From positions 1-31,634 of IMG/VR virus record IMGVR_UViG_3300047560_000396: DNA of 31,634 bases. One strand, given 5' to 3'. Below are positions 1 to 6,841 of the stretch, one piece after another (position 1 is the stretch's first letter; each line of letters opens with the position of its first letter). Made by a program: the position numbers and the translations under genes. The DNA is from a virus (lineage: Duplodnaviria; Caudoviricetes). The notes below the pieces were generated by a model. It worked only from the letters and a program-made list of their open reading frames with translations. It ran no database searches and had not been told where the DNA came from.

Positions 1-163
1 CCGCCTTTAATTCATCACAAGTTTCTTTGCTTATTTTATTACATTCTGCCACAATCAACTCGGCGAATTTTTCTTGCCGTTGCAGAGTCATGCAGGTTTC
101 ATCTAACTCTGGCATTTCATCTTGGCAAACTTTTGTCCATAGTTTTTGGATTCGTTCGTTCAT
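1..163 (-). CDS. MNERI-family small phage protein (3' end runs off the window)
   Basis: Manual translation MNERIQKLWTKVCQDEMPELDETCMTLQRQEKFAELIVAEC...; AAGGA upstream; ATGA overlap with 160..339; paralog of 336..536. Confidence 0.75.
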   Translation of the reverse strand, partial: MNERIQKLWTKVCQDEMPELDETCMTLQRQEKFAELIVAECNKISKETCDELKA

Positions 164-339
164 TTTGTTTCCTTCAATCGTTTTACATTCAAGAAAATTC
201 GTTGTTCGTGCAAGCCAACTGCGGCCTGGCGTAGTTCTCTCAATCTTGCTTCGCTTTGATTTTCTTTGGATTTATTGTGTTCTACAATAAACTGATCCTT
301 GACCAATTGTAGCAAGATTTCAGTTGCTTCCCAGTTCAT
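160..339 (-). CDS. hypothetical protein (59 aa)
   Basis: Manual translation MNWEATEILLQLVKDQF...RLKETK*; ATGA overlaps at both ends; not in the ORF track. Confidence 0.7.
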   Translation of the reverse strand: MNWEATEILLQLVKDQFIVEHNKSKENQSEARLRELRQAAVGLHEQRIFLNVKRLKETK

Positions 340-536
340 TCTTCAACTCCGAAATTTTGTTCAGTAAAACTTGCGTTACGGCCTGCCTTGAATCCAGCAT
401 CGACACCTACATCATGCCCTTCTTCATATGCCGCCTTCCAAACTAACTCGGCGAACTTTTTCTTGTCAAAATAACGAAAGCCATCATGCTCTTCAGTAGT
501 TGCCTGTTTGATAAATTCTTTGATTCGTTCGTTCAT
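336..536 (-). CDS. MNERI-family small phage protein
   Basis: MNERIKEF...KKFAELV...FGVEE; ATGA coupling on both sides. Confidence 0.8.
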   Translation of the reverse strand: MNERIKEFIKQATTEEHDGFRYFDKKKFAELVWKAAYEEGHDVGVDAGFKAGRNASFTEQNFGVEE

Positions 537-676
537 TTTTTAGGCCCCGCTGTAAACCAGTAAACCGTAATGCCAACAATGCCAACCACAAACCAAATTG
601 CCGCAACTAGCAAGGCAAACTTAATGCCTTCTACTAGGAATGTTGGAATAGCAAAAGTTGTCATTTCGATGTACAT
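533..676 (-). CDS. small single-pass membrane protein (47 aa)
   Basis: Manual translation MYIEMTTFAIPTFLVEGIKFALLVAAIWFVVGIVGITVYWFTAGPKK*; GAGGAG SD; ATGA overlap with the next gene. Confidence 0.75.
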   Translation of the reverse strand: MYIEMTTFAIPTFLVEGIKFALLVAAIWFVVGIVGITVYWFTAGPKK

Positions 677-678
677 GG

Positions 679-843
679 TTACTCCTCAATGTTAAAGTAA
701 TCAGCACCTAAAATATTTTTTAAGTGCATAGCAAGAATCTGAGCCGTAGCCAAGCTATCAGCTTCGATATCCATTGTAACACTACATGACTCGTCAGTGT
801 AGAGGCTGTTGTCAATGTTAGTAAACGTAAATTTAACTTTCAC
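679..843 (-). CDS. hypothetical protein (54 aa)
   Basis: GTG start overlapping the upstream TGA; MKVKFTFTNIDNSLY...YFNIEE*. Confidence 0.7.
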   Translation of the reverse strand: MKVKFTFTNIDNSLYTDESCSVTMDIEADSLATAQILAMHLKNILGADYFNIEE

Positions 844-1148
844 TTCATTGCTCCCATAATTAGGTTAGCAAACGCTTGTTCTTGCTTGTTGATTGTTTCG
901 CTAATATCTGCTTCGAGGTCGCGGAACTCAACGTCAGAACGATTGCGTTGCAGAGTATACCCACGGCGTGCCATAAAGTGCAGAAACACATCCACAGTAT
1001 AAATCTGTGCAGTTACAAAATCAATTTGGGGCTCGGGTTTAATACGGCTGTGGATTGTTTTAAACAAATCCTTGCAGTCATGAAAGTCCTTCATGCACTC
1101 GGGCAAGTGCCGTTTTTCTTCCAACCACTGTTCGACATTCTTTGACAT
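840..1148 (-). CDS. hypothetical phage protein
   Basis: Start reassigned to MSKNVEQ because of the AGGAG SD and the promoter at 1170-1198. Confidence 0.75.
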   Translation of the reverse strand: MSKNVEQWLEEKRHLPECMKDFHDCKDLFKTIHSRIKPEPQIDFVTAQIYTVDVFLHFMARRGYTLQRNRSDVEFRDLEADISETINKQEQAFANLIMGAMK

Positions 1149-1169
1149 GTTTATTCTCCTGTTGCATGT

Positions 1170-1198
1170 ATTATAACCGAAATGCCATTTCGGACCAA
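1170..1198 (-). promoter_or_regulatory. sigma70-like promoter TTGGTC-N17-TATAAT with a palindromic spacer
   Basis: -10 at 1170-1175, -35 at 1193-1198; inverted repeat CCGAAATG-N-CATTTCGG at 1177-1193. Confidence 0.65.
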
Positions 1199-1202
1199 GC
1201 AC

Positions 1203-1230
1203 AAAAGAAAAACCCTACAAGTTGTAGGGC
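1203..1230 (-). terminator. intrinsic terminator
   Basis: Minus strand GCCCTACAACTTGTAGGGT hairpin followed by TTTTCTTTT, just after the HD gene stop. Confidence 0.75.
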
Positions 1231-1235
1231 TTTGT

Positions 1236-1688
1236 TTACTTTTCTAAATCCAGTTTTGCCCGGATTTCTAAGTAAAATGTATGGTACTTTGCAACACGGG
1301 CCAGATCCTTTTCGGTTACGCCCTTCAAACGTCTAATGTCTGTGTTATGACGCAAGTCAGCCAGTTTAACTCGCATTGCGTCCGGACTAGCAAAGATACA
1401 TTGCTTGTATTCTTCGTAAGTTTGACCACGTTGCTTAGTTAGTGCTGTAATGCCAGCAATCACACGCTCGGTCATTCCTGCATCGCGTAAGTCTTTGTAA
1501 GTTACGTCAGTGTCTTCGATGACGTCGTGCCCCAGTGCCATGCACATAAGTTCTTCATCATCTGACTTCAAGTAGTGCATTACCTTAAGTGGATGTAGAA
1601 TGTAAGGATTGCCACCTTTATCAAATTGCCCGTGATGGGCATTTGTAGCAATCACTAACATTTTATCGAGCATTTCACCTTTTTTCAT
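1236..1688 (-). CDS. HD-domain hydrolase, SpoT/Mesh1-like small alarmone hydrolase family
   Basis: AHHGQ..KGGNPYILHP, LGHDVIEDT, LTK and VKLADLRHN motifs of the RelA/SpoT HD domain. Confidence 0.85.
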   Translation of the reverse strand: MKKGEMLDKMLVIATNAHHGQFDKGGNPYILHPLKVMHYLKSDDEELMCMALGHDVIEDTDVTYKDLRDAGMTERVIAGITALTKQRGQTYEEYKQCIFASPDAMRVKLADLRHNTDIRRLKGVTEKDLARVAKYHTFYLEIRAKLDLEK

Positions 1689-1694
1689 ACACTT

Positions 1695-1723
1695 AGTATA
1701 CTACCGGATTCTATATTTGTCAA
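1695..1723 (-). promoter_or_regulatory. sigma70 promoter TTGACA-N17-TATACT, predicted leaderless
   Basis: Near-consensus boxes; the ATG begins 6 nt after the -10 box; no SD. Confidence 0.75.
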
Positions 1724-1959
1724 TGTAACGTTGTGTTGCCCGTTACGTAATTGATATCAACTACGCCATATTGTGCAAGGGTTTGTTGCACAGATTCCGG
1801 CACTTCGCTTGCATCCACATCTGGCATGAATACACTTTTTAGTTCGCCGTCATGACCGATTACAAGAATATAATCATCGTCAGCTACATCACAACCATTG
1901 ACTAGTTCGTCAATGTCATCCAACGTTAGGTCGGATCTCACAGTATTAATTTTGCTCAT
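1720..1959 (-). CDS. hypothetical acidic protein
   Basis: 79-aa ORF preceded by TTTAAATA at 1973-1980. Confidence 0.7.
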   Translation of the reverse strand: MSKINTVRSDLTLDDIDELVNGCDVADDDYILVIGHDGELKSVFMPDVDASEVPESVQQTLAQYGVVDINYVTGNTTLH

Positions 1960-1971
1960 AAATTATTCCAA

Positions 1972-2286
1972 TTATTTAAATAGGATCATTGCCATAATAA
2001 CCGCTTGTGCAATGAAACCTACTCCAATGGTAATAATGTTTAAAGTGTCTTTGAGAATAATGGCTTTGCCAAATAGTAGAACCAAACCAGTCCACATAAA
2101 CAGTACTACATCAAGACTAGGTGTACGATCACTTAGCCCAGTAAGCAGAGCTAACAGAGTTGGGATAGTGGCACAGTGAATAACAATAGCCGCTAACCAA
2201 CCAAGTGTGTCTGCAGATATTTTACTAAAATGCTGTTCAAAAAATCGAATAACATTCAACTTTAGTTTTGCAAGAGTAAAATTCAT
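1972..2286 (-). CDS. three-TM membrane protein, PQ-loop/SemiSWEET-like
   Basis: Start MNFTLAK with AAGGA SD; LGWLAAIVIHCATIP plus two more hydrophobic helices. Confidence 0.6.
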   Translation of the reverse strand: MNFTLAKLKLNVIRFFEQHFSKISADTLGWLAAIVIHCATIPTLLALLTGLSDRTPSLDVVLFMWTGLVLLFGKAIILKDTLNIITIGVGFIAQAVIMAMILFK

Positions 2287-2287
2287 T

Positions 2288-2863
2288 TTATTCCTTGTAG
2301 AAAATGTGGCGGCCGATGTGTCCAATTTTTGGCTTGCCCCACTTAGGATTGATATAGTCTGCGTGATAGTATAGCGCATCTTTCATACTAGGTAAACGGA
2401 AATTTTCTAGTAATACTTTCTTAGCTACTTCTTCACTTTCTTTCCACAGTCCGGGATAGACTGGTTTTACTTTTGTAACGTTTGTACATGCCCAGCTGAA
2501 TTGGCATACAATGTTACCTAGGATGTTGTCTCGCTTGTAGACAACTCCGCAAACGTCTTTACCAAAGCGACCGGTGTCGACGCGGTTCATGGTAACTTGT
2601 GCAACTGCAACCTTACCCTCAAATGGTTCGCTTGCGGCTTCCCAATAAATGTTCTTTGTTAAACATTCTAGTTGTTGTGTGCGCTGTTCTGCGCTCACGA
2701 AACCTTGACGATACACTTCGTCGGCTTCACGTAGGTGATCAAATTTTGCGTTAATTGTTTTCATTAACACAAAGGCGATCAAGATTAAACCTAGGAATTT
2801 CAATAACCTTGTTGTAAAGGCTATCAAAAGATCTTGGTTGATACGAGACAATATTGCCGTCAT
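2288..2863 (-). CDS. cell wall hydrolase, SleB/Hydrolase_2 family, with N-terminal TM segment
   Basis: CLTKNIYWEAASE..GKVAVAQVTMNRV, CQFSW, ALYYHADYINPKW, IGRHIFY; AAGGAGG SD. Confidence 0.9.
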   Translation of the reverse strand: MTAILSRINQDLLIAFTTRLLKFLGLILIAFVLMKTINAKFDHLREADEVYRQGFVSAEQRTQQLECLTKNIYWEAASEPFEGKVAVAQVTMNRVDTGRFGKDVCGVVYKRDNILGNIVCQFSWACTNVTKVKPVYPGLWKESEEVAKKVLLENFRLPSMKDALYYHADYINPKWGKPKIGHIGRHIFYKE

Positions 2864-2948
2864 ATTTTACCTCCTTCTTTAGATGTGTAGTTTATATAAC
2901 CACTTCAAAACTTGAGAAAAGTACTGCTATAACTCATTAACAGAGTAT

Positions 2949-2977
2949 ATTATACCTGATTTTCAGTTTATTTACAA
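2949..2977 (-). promoter_or_regulatory. sigma70-like promoter TTGTAA-N17-TATAAT
   Basis: Lies in the 141-bp intergenic region upstream of the hydrolase. Confidence 0.55.
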
Positions 2978-3004
2978 GTTATAATGGGTTTTAATCGCTC
3001 AGTG

Positions 3005-4531
3005 TTAAGCGATCTTTGTCCCGATAGGCACACCGTATTGTGCCTGTGTGTTGATGTTTTGGCCTTCAATTAGCGATGCCAAAACCGCGTCGCCGCCATT
3101 GTTTTGTTGAACAGTGCCGGCAAAAAGTGCGTTGTAGTTTAGCTTGCTTGAGTCAACACCGTAGTTGTGTAAGCTGTTAACTAATCCGATAACGCTTGTT
3201 ACTCCCGAAACAGGGACTGAATCTAAACTAATTCCAGCCTTGGCTAAATTAGTAGCTTCACGAGTTAATTGAGTTTGCATATTTGTGATTGCAGTGTTTC
3301 CTGTTGTTGAAGAAACAACTGTTGAATCTGCGTTAAAAATGTTTGCAGCATTTCTAACAATTGTGATGTTACTTGTTATGTAACCGCTGTTACCACTTGC
3401 ACATGCCACAGCCAAATTAGCAAGGCAAGCAATAAGTGATTGCCCAGCTGCAAGACTCGAAACAGTAGTTAGCACAGAACTCACAGTTGTTAGATTACCA
3501 ACATGAACTGTGCCTGCTGCCGTACCAATAATGTCTGTTATAGTAGGGTTACCAAACACACCAGTACCAGTACCAAGTTGTGACGTTAGGTTAGTAACAT
3601 CACTTGCTGTAACCGGAGACGTGTGTGTACTTAGGTAAGTTAGGTTTGGTACGCTTATGCTTTTTAGCATGGCTGCGATATCAGAGAAACTTTTAAACTT
3701 GCCGCCCAAGTTAACAAACATATTAGCAAGACCTGCAAAGTCTCTCCCTGGAACAAGTGCTAACGCATCTGCAGGAAATACTTTTGACAAATCTAATAAT
3801 TCACCAAGACTAGACGCAGTATATCCTTTAATGCCGCTTAGTTCAGTTACCCTAGTAAACACCGGGCCAATAATACCGTTAAGGTAATACTTTAACTCTG
3901 CGGCAGACATGTCTTGCCAACCATCTGGCGGCACAAAGTTGTATCCAGAATCAATTAAGTACTGAACAAACGTTGCTGGGTCACCTAGCTTGTTTAACTT
4001 AGATACATCATATACACTACCGAAGTTTGCGATAGCATTGGCTAACGTTCTAATGTTATTTGTTATGCCAGACGCAGTAGTTGCGCCACCACCAAATATA
4101 GTTGTAATGCCGTTAGTAATTGCATCTCTGTGATTACTAACATTTATACCTAAGGTATCAAACGTTACGTTATTGTATGCATACAACGATTCGTATGTTG
4201 AATTGCTGTATTCCGCAAATGTCCCTGCTAGTTGAACTAGAGATGCAAATGTAGATACGTTTGGAATTAATTTGTTGGTTTGAGTTTGTATGCTTACTAC
4301 TGTTGTATTTGCATTAGCCACAAACAATGGCAAGCCAAGTGATGTTACGCTAAAACTGTTACTAGACAGTACGTTTCCGTATGTTGTGCCAGGTTGTAAG
4401 TTTGCGTAGTTACTAACGATAGGGTATGCAAGGACAGTGCTGCACAACGAAGTCATTGTTGTGTTTGCAGCCAGTCCCGTATTGTTTGTTAAGTTGCTTG
4501 CTGCAACAAGTAGCGTTGATGTATAGGCCAT
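3005..4531 (-). CDS. putative virion structural protein (tail/baseplate-associated)
   Basis: 508 aa, rich in Thr/Ser/Asn/Ala/Gly, few charged residues; abuts the PAAR gene. Confidence 0.55.
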   Translation of the reverse strand: MAYTSTLLVAASNLTNNTGLAANTTMTSLCSTVLAYPIVSNYANLQPGTTYGNVLSSNSFSVTSLGLPLFVANANTTVVSIQTQTNKLIPNVSTFASLVQLAGTFAEYSNSTYESLYAYNNVTFDTLGINVSNHRDAITNGITTIFGGGATTASGITNNIRTLANAIANFGSVYDVSKLNKLGDPATFVQYLIDSGYNFVPPDGWQDMSAAELKYYLNGIIGPVFTRVTELSGIKGYTASSLGELLDLSKVFPADALALVPGRDFAGLANMFVNLGGKFKSFSDIAAMLKSISVPNLTYLSTHTSPVTASDVTNLTSQLGTGTGVFGNPTITDIIGTAAGTVHVGNLTTVSSVLTTVSSLAAGQSLIACLANLAVACASGNSGYITSNITIVRNAANIFNADSTVVSSTTGNTAITNMQTQLTREATNLAKAGISLDSVPVSGVTSVIGLVNSLHNYGVDSSKLNYNALFAGTVQQNNGGDAVLASLIEGQNINTQAQYGVPIGTKIA

Positions 4532-4819
4532 TTACTTTCCTGCAGTCACAGTACTTGCTCCACCAACAAGTGGACCCGGCCCCCAGAACTGTGATTTGTT
4601 TTTCTTAACTGTTGCGGTAGTTAAATCGCCGATCGCTGCTAAAGGCTTACCTTCTATACTAATATTAGGAAAGCCAGGACCAGTAATAGTTTCGCCGTGC
4701 TGAGTTTTGTCTCCTACTCTAGCAGGAGCCTTTCCCTCAAAGCTAACAGTACTAGAACGACCTGCAATTGGATCGCCTTGTGCTGTTTTGTCTTGCTCGA
4801 CTAATGCTGGTATAGGCAT
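4532..4819 (-). CDS. PAAR-repeat spike-tip protein (T4 gp5.4-like)
   Basis: SSTVSFEGKAPARVGD, ISIEGKPLAAIGD and GASTVTAG repeats; start MPIPAL. Confidence 0.8.
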   Translation of the reverse strand: MPIPALVEQDKTAQGDPIAGRSSTVSFEGKAPARVGDKTQHGETITGPGFPNISIEGKPLAAIGDLTTATVKKNKSQFWGPGPLVGGASTVTAGK

Positions 4820-4820
4820 G

Positions 4821-5132
4821 TTAAACGATAATCTGTTGCTTAGGAATAATCTCAACACCAGTAGTGGTTTTAAGATAGTGTGCTTTCATTTGTTCCAAGC
4901 TTTCTGCATGAAACATAACGTGTTGCTTGCTTAGAAAAACTTTACAATCTTCACGTGCGCTGAATAGACTTTGCATTAAGCCAAGACCTTGTTGACTTGG
5001 CATAACTGTGCAAGGAGCAGATACAGAAAAGCCTGCATCTGTTTCTTCTAATACTTTGGCCACTAGTTCGTCACCGTTGACCATTTTGAAGCTCACTACA
5101 TCACCTGATGCATATTTTTGACTAACTAACAT
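4821..5132 (-). CDS. Sm-like (LSm-fold) domain protein
   Basis: VVSFKMVNGDELVAKV...VFLSKQHVMF pattern resembling Sm-like proteins of T4-like phages. Confidence 0.55.
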   Translation of the reverse strand: MLVSQKYASGDVVSFKMVNGDELVAKVLEETDAGFSVSAPCTVMPSQQGLGLMQSLFSAREDCKVFLSKQHVMFHAESLEQMKAHYLKTTTGVEIIPKQQIIV

Positions 5133-5133
5133 A

Positions 5134-5376
5134 TTAACCTTTTAATGTTGTCCAGAATGACTCGTCCTTACCAGCGATGCCTTGATAGCCACCTTGGATA
5201 AGAGTTGTCCCGTTGAAAATTTGTGGAACACTGCGTAGGCCCATATCTAGTAGATGTTGACGTGCGTCTTGATCTTCTTCGATACTAACTGTTTTGTATT
5301 CCACCCCTTTGCTCTCCAATAGAGCTTTTGCTCTGTCACAAAATGGACAGTTGCTTTTTGAATAAACTGTGATCAT
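5134..5376 (-). CDS. nrdC: glutaredoxin
   Basis: CPFC active site, SVPQIF, GGY; located next to nrdAB. Confidence 0.9.
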   Translation of the reverse strand: MITVYSKSNCPFCDRAKALLESKGVEYKTVSIEEDQDARQHLLDMGLRSVPQIFNGTTLIQGGYQGIAGKDESFWTTLKG

Positions 5377-5693
5377 AGAATTTCTGTAGTAATAGTAAGA
5401 GTGATACCTGTTTCACTTAGATATCTAGCGTGAAACGTTTCGTAAATTGTGTCATTTTTAAATTGCGCCAAAGATTCTGCTGAATCCCATTCGTATTCAA
5501 AAATACCATTGTTCTTATCCCTAACTAACAGCTTGTTAAGTGCAGTTAGCGTTTTCACTCTCGATTTTTGATAGTTGATGCCTTGGTAACATACCTTCTT
5601 GTCTTCAGGGCTCAACGTTTCTGCCCAATCAGCTATTGTGACCACATTTGTGTGACCAGCAGGCGCTGTATATGTGCGAGTTTGTTTAATCAT
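5373..5693 (-). CDS. hypothetical protein
   Basis: Start MIKQTRT with AAGGA SD; ATGA overlap with the glutaredoxin gene. Confidence 0.65.
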   Translation of the reverse strand: MIKQTRTYTAPAGHTNVVTIADWAETLSPEDKKVCYQGINYQKSRVKTLTALNKLLVRDKNNGIFEYEWDSAESLAQFKNDTIYETFHARYLSETGITLTITTEIL

Positions 5694-5703
5694 TGTAGTT
5701 TCC

Positions 5704-6831
5704 TTAGAGGCTAAACCCACTAAACGTATTAGAGTCAACGTCTTGCTTGGTTCCGCCGATTACATAACTACTTATCTCAGTTTCTTGGGGAGCCACTTGA
5801 ACTTCTGCTCCAGCAATCCACTTCTGTGTCCACGGTAACGGATTGCTACCGGGCTTCATGCCGCAATCAAGTCCAATAGCAGTCATACGTTTGCATGTCA
5901 GCCAATCAACATATTGACTTAGCAATTGCGTGTTAAGCCCAATCATAGATCCATCTTTAAACAAGTATTCAGCCCACGACTTTTCTTGATTAGCGGCGGC
6001 CAAGAACATTTGTTCGCACTCTGCTTTTGTTTCTTCTTTAATTTTTGCAAAATCTGCATCGTCTTGCGGAAGTATTTTAATAAGCATTTGGGTACTACCC
6101 AAGTGTACGTTTTCGTCACGGCAAATGAACTTAATGATCTTTGCGTTGCCTTCCATTTTCTTTAGTTCTGCAAATGCCCAAGAACAAGCAAATGACACAT
6201 AAAATCTTATTCCTTCTAGAGCATTAACAGAATTAATTGCCAACCATAGTTTTTTCTTAAGTTCGTACTCGTCAACAATGATTTCCTTACCGTTAACCAT
6301 GTGCTTGCCTGCGCCGAGTACCCGATGCCAGTTGCCATAATCAATAACGTCATCGTAGTACTTGCTAATGTCCTTGGCACAATTAACAATAGGCTCAATG
6401 GTTAATAGTTCATCGAAGATTCGACCAGGATCACTGTAAACGTTACGAATGATATGGGTGTAAGAACGACTGTGGATCGTTTCATTGAATGCCCAAGTTT
6501 GTATCCATGTCTCAAGTTCAGGCAAACTGCATAGAGGTAGAAAAGCAAGATTGGGGCTACGACCCTGGACACTGTCCAGTAGAATTTGTCGCTTAAGATT
6601 GCTTGTAAAAATGTGTTGCTCAAAGTCTGTTAACTCCTTGAAGTCTTTTGCATCACGCAACACATCAACTTCTTCTGGTCGCCAAAAGAAGCCTAGTTGT
6701 TTATCAGTGAGCTTGTCAAATTGTCTATACTTTAATGTTTCGTACCGCTGGACCGCGGTAGGTCCAGCAGCGTCTAAGAATGCCAATTTTTCAGTATGTT
6801 TTTTGTTATCGTTGATATTAAATACGCTCAT
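5704..6831 (-). CDS. nrdB: ribonucleotide reductase class Ia beta subunit
   Basis: FFWRPEE, LDSVQGR, ETIHSRSY (radical Tyr), LEGIRF, RDENVH, VAPQETEISSY. Confidence 0.97.
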   Translation of the reverse strand: MSVFNINDNKKHTEKLAFLDAAGPTAVQRYETLKYRQFDKLTDKQLGFFWRPEEVDVLRDAKDFKELTDFEQHIFTSNLKRQILLDSVQGRSPNLAFLPLCSLPELETWIQTWAFNETIHSRSYTHIIRNVYSDPGRIFDELLTIEPIVNCAKDISKYYDDVIDYGNWHRVLGAGKHMVNGKEIIVDEYELKKKLWLAINSVNALEGIRFYVSFACSWAFAELKKMEGNAKIIKFICRDENVHLGSTQMLIKILPQDDADFAKIKEETKAECEQMFLAAANQEKSWAEYLFKDGSMIGLNTQLLSQYVDWLTCKRMTAIGLDCGMKPGSNPLPWTQKWIAGAEVQVAPQETEISSYVIGGTKQDVDSNTFSGFSL

Positions 6832-6841
6832 AATTGTTCTC

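Noticed and set aside
2864-3004. tRNA or other known ncRNA in the largest intergenic gaps
   Set aside because: No cloverleaf or T-loop GTTC signature recognised by eye; tRNAscan-SE/Infernal would be needed to exclude it formally
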